A DNA stretch of 64,000 bases from Zancudomyces culisetae HAW-14-8 (lineage: Eukaryota; Fungi; Kickxellomycota): the NCBI GenBank assembly GCA_052426225.1, contig JBNJNM010000011.1, positions 1,550,001-1,614,000 of the forward strand, written 5' to 3'. The position numbers and the translations under genes were made by a program. Positions 24,209 to 35,956 of the stretch are shown here, piece by piece. The notes below the pieces were generated by a model. It saw only the letters and a program-made list of their open reading frames with translations. It did no database searches and was not told where the DNA came from. The first letter of the stretch is position 1. Every line of letters starts with the position of its first letter.

Positions 24209-24412
24209 TATGGTATCTGCGAGTATAGAAGGAATGAGTAGAAAATAGTGTAAAGTATTGATACGAAATGGGTCGTATTAACAGTAAGTTGAAACAATGA
24301 AAAATAAATAGTGAAAATTGTGGATAAATAATTATACAAGTGTTTAAAGTTGGAAAATACTACTACTACAGCCATATCTTGTAATTCTAAATATATATAT
24401 TTCTCTAAAATA

Positions 24413-25354
24413 CTATTGTAAATAACTGGTGTAAATACAACAATCATTGTTATTGATGTCATCGCTTATACCAGAAATATCAACGTTTTTAGTTTTATTT
24501 GCATGGATGTAGTTGTTCACATTGAAAGTATTATTACTAGCATTTTTTTCAAAATAAATATTACTGTCATTTTCTCCTAGTAAAAATGGTGTGTTGCAGT
24601 ATGAGTCCACATCAACCTTATTTAGCTGCTTCCGGGACAGCTCATTCATTTTGTATTGGTTCTGATAATAGCTTTTTGTTCCAGCCGATGCCACTTTCCA
24701 TAGTTCACCACATATTTTCGAGATATCCCTTTGGTTCAGGGATGGAAACATTTGACGCAACTGCTTGGTTTTATCTTTTCTGTATAGCATGAAACTGTTT
24801 CCCGTTTTAGTGGGAGGTGAAACCTTTGTATTTGGATGTAATTGATACATGTGGCTATTGTTATCGATGCCATTCTTTATCACATTTTCTGTTTCTGTTT
24901 CTGTTTTTATTTCTGCTTTTACTTCTAGTTCTACTTTTGTTTCTGTTTGTAATTTAGGCTTGTTTTTGCTTTTTAATTGGGCACCAAAGCTTTTGGAATT
25001 GTTGATGCGGCTATATGGTTTTTTGGTCTTACTTTGATGAGCACGAAAAGCTTTCCCAAGCCTTTTCGATAATGATTTGATATTAGTGTGTTTGGGAATC
25101 AACACAGCATAATAATCATCTGGTACTGATAAATACACTTCATCATTGATTACGGCTGAAGCGAGTGGTTTGTAGCTGCTGATATTTCCATCACATGCAA
25201 GCATAAAATAACCGCATAGTTCTCCATTTAGGCTTGGTTCTTTGTCGGTGAGGTCGAGTTTATTTATGGATATATTTGTGATTTTGTTGGTTTGGTAGTC
25301 ATTTCCTTGAAATTCTGCGGTTTGGTGACCTATGCTCTCCACTATAGTTTGCAT
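24413..25354 (-). CDS. MATA/SOX-type HMG-box transcription factor
   Basis: Single HMG box PPTKTGNSFMLYRKDKTKQLRQMFPSLNQRDISKICGELWKVASAGTKSYYQ. First ATG is at 25354 (the ORF track uses an upstream GTG). TATA tract near 25557. Confidence 0.85.
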   Translation of the reverse strand: MQTIVESIGHQTAEFQGNDYQTNKITNISINKLDLTDKEPSLNGELCGYFMLACDGNISSYKPLASAVINDEVYLSVPDDYYAVLIPKHTNIKSLSKRLGKAFRAHQSKTKKPYSRINNSKSFGAQLKSKNKPKLQTETKVELEVKAEIKTETETENVIKNGIDNNSHMYQLHPNTKVSPPTKTGNSFMLYRKDKTKQLRQMFPSLNQRDISKICGELWKVASAGTKSYYQNQYKMNELSRKQLNKVDVDSYCNTPFLLGENDSNIYFEKNASNNTFNVNNYIHANKTKNVDISGISDDINNNDCCIYTSYLQ

Positions 25355-26197
25355 TGTTGATAATAGTAAATTCACTGGAAAAAAAAGGTAGAAAGTCGAA
25401 AGTGGTAAGTGGGTAGGTGGATGGGGAAGATGATAAAAATGTATTTAATAATTCTAGAAATGTAGGATAAACTCTAGTTATTGAGTTGAATTCAAATTTG
25501 CTACTTAATTTATAAATCCTCATGCAAACCAGTGTCTTTTTTCTTCTTGGTTCCTTATATATAAAATATTCACATAATAAACATTATTCATATTCACATT
25601 TATATTTGATCTGTATTTCATATTTATATTATTTAATGACTTTTATGTACTGAAACCAACCCAGAAGTGAGAAAGCTAAAGAAAACCTTGCAAACTTAGA
25701 ATTGATCGAAAGATGAATAAAGACCCCCCTCCCTCCAAAAAAATAAAAGAAAGGAGTGATCGCATGAATATTACTGGGATTATTTTTATAATTATCGAGA
25801 AATGTTGTTGAAAGTTGGACTATTAGTTAATTGGCACATCAATTAAAAACTCGATCAGTTAGTCACCCCACAAAAATAAATCGTTTTTTAATAGGAAAGC
25901 ACAATCAAAGGTGATGGGGTGGGGTGGAAGGGTGATATTAGAACGGAGAAAAGGAGAGAACGAAGAAAACGAAGAGAGAGGGGAAGTGTAATACAAGATT
26001 TATGAATTGATAAAAGTTTGGTGATTAAAAGTTAATATTACTTTTAGCGGAAACTGTATTGTGAACTTTTTCACCACAACTATCGCATTTTCCTAGTCAT
26101 TTCCATCATCGTTTACAATAATTTTTTGTTTTCTTTTTTTTTGCATATTGGAACTATACCACCTTAATACTCGCAAAAAATCAACATTAACTGAATA

Positions 26198-26215
26198 TTT
26201 CTTTGTACAAAGAAA
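26198..26215. promoter_or_regulatory. Perfect 18-bp palindrome made of two HMG-box-type half sites
   Basis: TTTCTTTGT-ACAAAGAAA, about 850 bp upstream of the HMG gene. Each half carries the CTTTGT/ACAAAG core bound by TCF/Ste11-type HMG proteins. Confidence 0.4.
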
Positions 26216-26816
26216 AGAGTTATTCAAGTCAATAGTAATTAATCAGTAGACTTGATGATTAATTAGCAAATATTTTGTTTATAAATATAATACATTATTT
26301 TTGTTTAAAAAAAAAGGTAGAAAAGATGTAATTTTTATTTAATGAGAATTGTTGGCATGACAAAGCGCTCGTGCGTGAATGTACATGTGAAGGTCGAGAC
26401 ATATGACTGGTAAAATTAGCCTAGGTGTGTAAATACATGTAAAACAATTATCAAGGATATTAGCAGACGTGAAAGCGGTGGTGGTGGTACAGAAACTTTC
26501 CACCTATAGTATCGCACTTTTATATGGTTTTCAAGAAAGAGTCATAAAGGCGATTGTGTTTTAAAAGATCATGTAAAGTAGTAAGGAAATTAAATGTAAA
26601 GAAAAGTTTTTAAGTTATGATAAGTAAAGGGGCAGTGGGGGGGGTGGAGGAGGGGAAGGTAGGTCAAATAATGATGACGAGAGGATAAAATTATGAACCA
26701 AATAAAGGTTTTCAATTCACTTTCATTATTTATTCACAAAAAAAGTATTGATCGATTATTTTTAAATTTTATTTTTAGGAGGTGGCGTGGTGGAAGTGTG
26801 ATAGTGGCTTGAAGGG

Positions 26817-26820
<4 letters not shown>

Positions 26821-26853
<33 letters not shown>
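26821..26853. repeat. (GA)n microsatellite
   Basis: About 16 GA units. Confidence 0.95.
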
Positions 26854-26857
<4 letters not shown>

Positions 26858-28246
26858 GAATAGAAGCAAGGTAATAAAAGTAGTACTGATAGTTTGCGAA
26901 ATGAATTTTTTTCAATAGTTTTTTTTTTTGAATAAGCACAATCTAATTTTAAAAAGTTCAATAAAATGTGTTATTGATTAATTTAACCAATTGTGATGTA
27001 TTGTGTTCTAGTAAGTTCATGTAAATAAAGATTAGATAAAAACGCTTTATTAAATGAAAAACATTGTTGAATATAGAGGAAAAGTGAGTAGGTGATAGAG
27101 TCACAGAGAGAGTGTGTGAGAGTCACAGACAGAGAGGAAGGTCATTTTGTGGAAAGAAAACGAAAGGAAAAGAGATGTAAAAGATATGTAAAAGAGAAAA
27201 AAAAGTTGGAGAATCGATTTTGAATGGTTAATGAAATTGAATGTGCAAAATTCCGAGTTATTTTTTTACCAATATTTACCAAGTGAATATGATTGAATAT
27301 ATTGAGAAAAATAAAATAAAATTTAGTTTTAAATATATATATATCTATATAAAAGCTCAAGTAATCTAAAAAGTGATGATATTAAACGATAATACTAGTA
27401 ATATAGGTACAGTGCTAATAAGTAAGGAAGGAGGGGAAAAAATTCAAAAAGAAAAAAATACTCAATTGTATTATTTATTTATTTATTATACTAAAAATGA
27501 TAAACTCAAAGTAATGGAAATATAATTTAATATATATAATTTTTTTACATTATTGTATTCTAATTGAAAATAATAATAATAATGGATATGTAAATAAATA
27601 GTAATCCACTTGACGGAAATCATTGTGAACATAATCATACAAAATGTGAACCTGATTGTAGATGCGAATGTTTCTACTGTCTGTATATTTTCAGGCGTTA
27701 AAATAAATATATAGAGCAGTATAAAAAGACAGAATGGATGGAGGATAAGAGAGGATTCAAAGGATTGAGTGCAAATAAAAAAATAAAAAAGAAACGTATC
27801 TTGGAAAAGTAGTGTTTACAAGTTTGGTACATCTAGTATAAATGTATTTTTTTTGTTTGATGAATTTATTAAATAAATATCACACAAAACTACAAAAAGA
27901 TAATACTACATAATATTTACCAAACCAACTTCTCTCCATTTCTGTAGAAATCCCATATCCACCAAGAGTTAATCCATGGTATTTACTCTGCGTTGACAGT
28001 ATCATTTCAAAAAAGTTTGCTGTGTTCAGCTCACTGAAGTTTAGTGCTTTATTTTCTTTCTTCTCATCCTTCTTATTTCTGGGATAAAAGATATCAGAAA
28101 CATTTTCCTGACTGCCATCAATCATTTCTTGTTAAAAATCACTGGTAATTGGTTAAACGAATATAATGTCTTTTTTCACATATGCTAACACATCTTGTTG
28201 AAAAATATTTGTTCAAATAACTCATAAGCTCCATTTTTCTATATAC

Positions 28247-31200
28247 TTAATTCTGTCTGTCCATATTCAGACAAAACTCAATCAACTCGTGATCGTTTAA
28301 GTCACGAGCAACCTTCAATATTGATTCCCTGTGTTCACTATCATCAGCACCATGATCAATCAAAAGTTTGATTGTTTCTACATTTTTATGATAAATAGCC
28401 TCCTTAAGCCCATAATCCTGGTTTAGCACTAAATTTGGATTTCTTTCCAAAAAGTGTTTCAACATTCCCAGGTTATTATTTTCGCAAACCTGGATCACCT
28501 CACTTCCATCTCCTATTTCTACTTTTGTCCTCTTTTCAAATAGAAGCATTAAAATATCCATATTATTGTTTTTACAGGCCTCGTATACATAATTGTATTC
28601 ACCATTTTCGAGTGTGGTTGTATCTTTCAATAATAATTTAGCTGCTTCTAGCTTGTTACTTCTAATAGCGGATCCAAGTAAGTAGGAGGCACCATCAATA
28701 TCAGGAAAACGAGTCAACATTAGCTGCAAAGTTTCAATATCATCTAGAATAAAACACATTGAATAGTATGAATCCACTTTTGCTTTTGCACCATGCTGCA
28801 GCAAAAACCTAACCATTTGAACGTTTCTTGTCATAAATGCTGTATTCGAAAAATCGGGTTCATCGTCCATACTAAACCCATTCTTCAAAAGTACTTTCAC
28901 CACCTCAGTGCTTCCCGCTAGAATCGCAATTTTCAGTATTCCAGAATTAATACCACTATTGGTGTCGTATATTTGAAGTTTCAGTACTTTAATACTAACA
29001 CTGAGATCAATCTTGTAAGTTGATAATATTTTCAGCACTTCAGTATTATTTAGACTAATCGCGGTCTCTAGCACATTCAAAAAATCACTATTCTGGATAT
29101 GCTCACCCTTTTCAAGTAAGGTTTTAGTAATCTTGTATTTTTTGACATGGTCAGCATTTAGCTTATCTAAATTATTAATAATTTGTGGTTCCTCTCCTTT
29201 ATTTGTATCTGTTTTATTTTTTCTTTCCAATACTCCTAAACTATCATAATAGTCAAGAATCATTTTTACCAACCTAAAATCCTCAACCATACACGCACGT
29301 TCTAATTGGTATTTACAAATGTTCCCTAGAATGGCATTATTGTCCAAGAGGTATTTCAATGTTCTTCTGAGACCCAACCTACATGCAATCCTAACTCCAT
29401 TTCGTTTTGGATCACTTAAATCCATTCCATTATCTACCAATAATTTAACTATATCAAAGTTACCCAACAAACATGCCATGTTAATACACAAATATCTTGA
29501 GTTCTTTGGTACTACACCTCCATTCTTAATCCAGTGTTCTAACACCTCAACTTTGTCCGATTTACATGCCTCTTCAAATCCATCCTATCTTCCTTTTAAC
29601 TTTGCACCTTTACTGATAAAGTAATTTATCCAGCGAATATCACCTGCTTTGTATGCTGCTCTCCACATTAAACTGCCAATTGGATCGATTTTTTCGTTTC
29701 TTTTCCCGATAAATTTATTAAATAAATGCTCCATAAAGTTAGTTGAGCCGATATCCATTCCATACTTTATCAATAGTTTCAGTATTTCAAAACTTCGGTT
29801 TACCAATTCTGATTTTGCTAGCTCGTAATTTCTATCGTTTAACACCTCCACATCCTTCTCATATCCGAACTCATATGTTTTATACTCACTTTCTTCCAAT
29901 ATATTCTGCAGGTTATTTTCAATTGCATAATCAATAATTTCGGCTAATTTGTCATTTGGATCTCTTAAAATGCGTATGGAATTATCAAGATGTGAAAATT
30001 CTTCAAAGTATAATGCGCATACATTGATGATATCTTTTTTTTTTTTAGCGCCAATAATTACCATCAACTCCTCTTATATATCCTGATATTCAAAGAATTG
30101 GTCAAAACCGAAAAAATAAAACGAAACAATGGTGAAATAAGGTAAGTATTCTCTAATAAGACACAGAATTGTTTTATTAAATTTGAGTCTCTTTCCAACC
30201 TTTATCTTGCTTGCTGTGGTTTTGAATTTAGTACTATCTTTCACTTCTATCAAAGACCTCCAATAGATGTTCTGCTATTTGATAATTTCCGATACGACAC
30301 AACCTTTCAATAGTCTCTTGTTCATTTGAATTAACAAGTGCACCATTTTCCAACAACAACCGTAGCATGTTTATATCTCTATTTCGACATGCAATTCTTA
30401 TTCCATTAAACTTTGATATTTTAAATCCATTCCAGCCTTGATAAGTAGTTTGGCAATTTTGACATCCCCACTTTTCACTGCTTTCTCTAGACAGGAAAAC
30501 ATGTCACAATATTTAAGTGCTTTTTGATAATTTCTTGTGCAAGTGAATAGTCTTTTTTCTTTATAACTGTTTTCAGGGTATTTTTATCTAGATCTCTTTT
30601 TAATTTATCACTGTTTTCTATTAGAAGCCTAATAAGCTCGACACTATCCAGCTGATACGCTAACTTTGTTATTTTTCTGATATTTTCAGAGTTTAATTCG
30701 ACTTTGAAAAAATATCTTTTGACCAATTCCAATCTTCTATGGTATACAGCTGTATTAAATAGTATCTGCTTGTAAGTGCTATTTGTACAGCTATCCTCAA
30801 GATATTTTATCAAATTTTGCTTATCATAGTAAACTGATAGAGTCTGAGCACGCAACATATACCAAAAAACAACATTATATCTTTATATTCACATTCGTCA
30901 ATATAATTGACAACGTTTTCCAAATCTGTATATATTAAACTCATTGTTAAGCCGTCTCGGGTCCTGACTAGTAAATTTTGCATTGGTTTTTAAATCTAAA
31001 ATACGTCTTAACAGCTCAAGGCTATCAAATTTGCAGATTTTTTTCTGTGCATTCCAATATGAAGAATACCAAATATACGCTATCATTAAATCTAGCATCT
31101 CTGTCAATAGAGCTAGATAATGCTTGAGGAAGCTCGATATTGCTGCAACAAAGATCTACCAAGACTTGAATATTCTCTTTTTTTAAAATTTGAGTAAAAG

Positions 31201-31775
31201 TTGTATAGCTGTGGCCACAATCCTCTCATTGCCGCGATTAGTGGCCTGATATACATTGATTCAGATATCTTTATGTCTGTCAACTTTCTTCTAAATTCGA
31301 TTTTTCCTGAGAATAAGTTTCCAATATCAATATCTAGGCACTCACCCTCGTTCATAAATAAAGTACCCTTATATACAACTGTTGAAGTGTCCCTATTGAT
31401 AACCACATACATTCAAAGTAGTTTTTTTAATAGTATGTTTCTCCACCTGTATTTAAACGCCAGCTCTATAGCTACTTTGTAATTCAGGTTCTTGATTTTT
31501 TTATTTTAAAAAACCAGTATTCCAACAGTTTCATTCGTGTCTAATCAGATGTATTTCTCGAATATTGTTTTTAAATTTGACTCGGGATCATACTCTGTGT
31601 TAGATAAACTATATTGAAATATGTACCCACTAATATTCTCCACCTTTTGACAGACTTTGTATACACTTTTGTTCAAGTGTGATAACCGTGGGTTTTGAGC
31701 GAGTACAAATATGGTTGACAGGATATTAGCTGGAAGTTTGTTGAAAAGACGGTTGTTGTCGTTTGTGGTACTCAT
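28247..31775 (-). pseudogene. F-box-like/ankyrin-repeat family member, fragmented (copy 1)
   Basis: Collinear ORF pieces (31775, 31412, 31107, 30858, 30067, 29545) match the paralogs at 45280 and 58914 but are broken by several frameshifts and stops. The N-terminus reads LFNKLPANILSTIFVLAQNPRLSHLNK. Confidence 0.85.
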
Positions 31776-32414
31776 TCTGTAGTAATCTGTAATATTCTTA
31801 TTTCTTTCATTCTAGCTTTGTTTGATTGTTGGTGTATTAAAGTAAAAAAAAAAGTCAAATTATTGGAAATCGTTCAGGATTAAACATCATTCCAAAATAC
31901 TAGGTATTACCAGTCCTATAGTTTAAGCTTTCTTTTTTTTTTTTTTGGGTTTTCAAGATAAATTTGCTAATAGATCAAAAATAAACAAATCTAATTCCAC
32001 CTAACCAACTAGTCTCTTACCTTCTAGGAGCTCCTTACCCACCTGTTGTTGGTTTAAGGATACAAAATAGTATATTGAATAGAAGGGATGGATGAATTGA
32101 TCTGTATAGGCCACGTGGTCTGTTGTTTAAACCAGTCGCACTAACCACCTGCATATTTTTGTTTATTCATAAATACTGTATGTTATTATACATGCTATTA
32201 ATCATCACACACCACCAACTATCAGTTTCATTATTCTATTTCTGTTCAATGCGTTTCACCAGAGTGAGATTACAAAATACTCTATTAGTGAGAGAAAATC
32301 GATTAATGTTTTAAAATTATTATTAACAGATAGATTGCAGACATGTCACCCATCGGCCACAAGCACCACAAAGATATGTTCCTCTGTAGGCAAGTTCCAA
32401 TTATACAACAAATA

Positions 32415-33503
32415 TTAGCCAAAAAGACCAATAATATCTCTAAAATAGTAAAACCAATAATAATGATAGAAGCAATAATATTGTACATCCAACGCTTTGC
32501 AAAGCAATTGAGGCGTAAATAAGCCCACCAAAATACAAGGTAACTGATACTTTAGTAACAATCGAGTAATCAGGCGGGAGAGGTGCAGTTGGATCCAATA
32601 GGTATGATTTTTTAAGCCCTGATACCTTTGCAATCCAGTCAATGTAGTTGTGTACATGGGTATAATACTTTGTTCCAGCATTTTCTGGAGAACCGACCAC
32701 ACCATTCCCAGAACTTGCCAGTAGCACTCGCAATACCAACAAGAAAATGAACTCCATTGTTTATATATAGCAAGGGGTCTCCTCTATCTCCATTTTCCAA
32801 ATCTTTGCCATCCTTTTCTAGTGTACAGACTAGATTTTTGTTGTTGTCCGACCAGTTTGCATTGGCGTCTTTACAAGTGCTTGAAGAAGAAGGTGATTGT
32901 GTAAATCTGTGTAGTGTCTTACTCATAGCACATAAAAAATTTTGAATCTTGACCCCAACTTACTGTGGCCAAATTCATATCATCCGTTACATTTCCAGTG
33001 TATATCGCTACAGGCGTAAATGGATCCTTTGATGCTGATGTTCCTAGATCGATAACTGCTATATCGTTTTCTAATGTCACTGGAGAAAATTCAGGATGAA
33101 TATGTATTTTCATTATTGCTACTGTAAAAGTGTAGTTAAATGTTGGAGTTTCAATATAAGTCGTAATTAATCCTGGGAAAGCACCTAGCTTTGATATATC
33201 GTAATCGTATAAGCAGCAGCTAGCAGCAGCTACTGCTATGTTGTCAGATATCATTGAAGCACTACAGCCTATGGAACCACCTCCATTGTACACACGCAAC
33301 ATTCCGATGAATGGAAAATCTTCTCTCTTGACTGGTTCCCCATTTAAGGCTTCCGCATCGTTATGAAACTCACTTGCTTCACTTTGTGGAGAGATACCAT
33401 TTGAATCTACACTACCAACTGAGGCGGTGTGTGCAGCAGCAATACTTCAAAGCGAGAGTGCTGTAATGATATGTTTACAAGGTGATCTGTTGTTCAATTT
33501 CAT
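32415..33503 (-). pseudogene. Trypsin-like (S1A) protease homolog, catalytically degenerate and disrupted, with a C-terminal hydrophobic segment
   Basis: ATG at 33503 with an in-frame TGA at 33449-33447. Motifs LNGEPV..FPFI, AVAAASC (for TAAHC), IHPEF..LENDIAVI, WG, GDRGDPL (for GDSGGPL), LVGIAS and YTHVHNYIDWI. There are at least 2 frameshifts. Confidence 0.8.
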
Positions 33504-34299
33504 TGTTATTGTTATTATTATATATTAGTCTTGTATTTGCTGATTGTTGAAAGAATTAAGAATAAGCGTAATTAGATGTATCAATGAAAAAGTTGGTCAT
33601 TTTGTATATTATTTCCTACATATTCACAAATCAATTCCACCTATAATTCACAGCTGATAGAAAAAACAGAAAAGAGTAAAAATTGATGAAACCATTAATA
33701 CTGATGAATATTGTATTTACCATCTTTTTTTTTTTTCATACAACCATAAATATTGGTCGAATATTTTTCTTGCTAATTTGATGTAGATTGTAAAATATCC
33801 ATCTTTGTAGATTAATAACTAGTAATTTACGTAGAATATTGTGAATATTTGTTGGCAAAATTAACAACCTGACCAATGGTATATACCAAGTGAAGGGAAA
33901 ATACATTTTGAGAAACACTATGTCTCAAAACTTGTACCCATTATAATATAATATTCATTCCAAAGAACAAATAAAAATCAACCAAAAAAAATAAAATAAA
34001 TACTAGATAATATCTATACACCGAATTCCTCTTTGTCGCATCCAGGGATTCCATACCCACATGGGGTGTTGGTTCAAAGAGGTTTTTTTTCCTTCTTTTT
34101 CGTCTCTTGTCAAAGGAAAGTCTACTACTCTCCCTCCCTTGCAAAAAAATTAAAAGGAATAGTAGAGAAGGTGTAAAAGAGATGTATTAACAGTTATTAT
34201 ATTTACTGTAATATATAATAAAAAAAAACTAAACTATAAAATGATAAATTAAAAGGATACTATATATAAATTCAACCAAGAAAAAAAAAGAGAGGTGTT

Positions 34300-35925
34300 T
34301 CAAAACCCAGCAAGTAAAGAATCAGTCAAATATTCAAAAACTTTGAAATTAACATGACCAAACATATCCAAATACGCCTGTACAACATTATTATTATTAT
34401 CATTGCTTTTGTTTTTACTGAGACTAAAACTAGTCGTGGGTTTATAATGTTTTTCAAGCTTCAAACTTGATAGAAAATCAATAAACGACACATTGCTAAA
34501 CTCAATATTTGAACAAATATCAGGTTCAACAGTGTCGATGTCGGTGTTGGTGTCGGTGCTGGCGTTAGTTTGTTTGAATCGTTTGATATTTCTTGCATCT
34601 ACATCATTTTCTTGTTCATCAATTGTCTTGCCTTGTAGTAAAAACGAACCATTACCAGATTTATATACATAAATATAAATATTGATGGAATTCAGGTAAA
34701 TGTAATCCAGAGTCAATTGAAACCCAACAGTTGTAGCACTAGTAATATTACCAAAAGTAGTATCAAGATCACAAGTCCAATAATCCAGAATATTGTTATT
34801 GTTATTGTTGTTGTTATTGATACCGGTTGATAATGATGAGGTTGTTATATTCGATAATTGGTTATGGTATACAGATAATATTTTGGTTTGAATTTTCTGT
34901 AATAACAAAATCTGTTGATTTTTATCGAAATCTGAATCTTGTAAAAGACAAGAGGATCGAATAATGTCAATATAATCCAAATAAAAAGTAATTACATCAA
35001 CATTTGTATTTGTATTTGCATTTACATTAACATTTGATTGTAGGTTGGAGGAATCAAGAAATGATAATAGACAAGATAATTCATCCTTGAATTTCAAAAG
35101 TAGAGCCAAGTACGAGTCTGAAATAGAATTCGATTCAGATAGAGTGTTGGTACTATGATGATGATGATGATGTTGTTGTTGTTGATGATGATGAGAATGG
35201 GAATGGTAATAGCAGGTAACAAACAAGTAAGGAGCAATTGTACAACAAACGAAATGGACGGCTTGAGAATAATCACACAGATCGTACATTAGTACATGTA
35301 ATTGGTCAGCCAACAGTAAATAATAATAATAATCATTATTATTAATACTATTAATATCATCACTATGGTTGTTGTTGTGGTTGTTGTTGTTGAAATCAGT
35401 TATGGATGAAGAGAGGTACAATCGGGCATTAGAACAGACTACAAGTTTTGCCAGAGACTTGTAATAGGCAAAAGTATCGGATGAAAAGCAAGGATTATCA
35501 AATATTGAATAGTCAAATTGCAGTAGACTAGACGAGGTACAAGTAATATGTCGTAATAAATAATCTTTGACTAATATAGGAGAACCAAGTTGAGACAAGA
35601 TGATTAGACAGAGCCAATTATAATCCGAGTTGGAAATCGAGGATGAAGTCGAAGTAATGGTAAATGAAAGCGAGTCGAAAATTGGATATATAAAATTCAA
35701 AACCAAATGGTTAAACAGAGAAGGATTGGAAATTGAATACCCAAACCCACAAACAAGTACAGTCGATATTAAATATGGTATCATTGTCATATGGTTCTTG
35801 TCATTATTACAAGTCGAGTTGAAAAGAGAATCCGGAATAACACGATTGGATTTGGATGAGAAATAAAGTTCAAATATTTGGTAAACCATTTTATAATATA
35901 AATCATCACTGTTGTTATTGTTGTT

Positions 35926-35956
<31 letters not shown>

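Noticed and set aside
24413-25354. HMG gene as a sexP/sexM mating-type locus
   Set aside because: The Mucorales-type flanking genes (triose-phosphate transporter, RNA helicase) are absent. An HMG box alone is insufficient.
33447-33449. In-frame TGA in the trypsin-like gene as selenocysteine (some early-diverging fungi use Sec)
   Set aside because: It falls in the signal-peptide region rather than at a redox site, the gene has other frameshifts, and I saw no SECIS.
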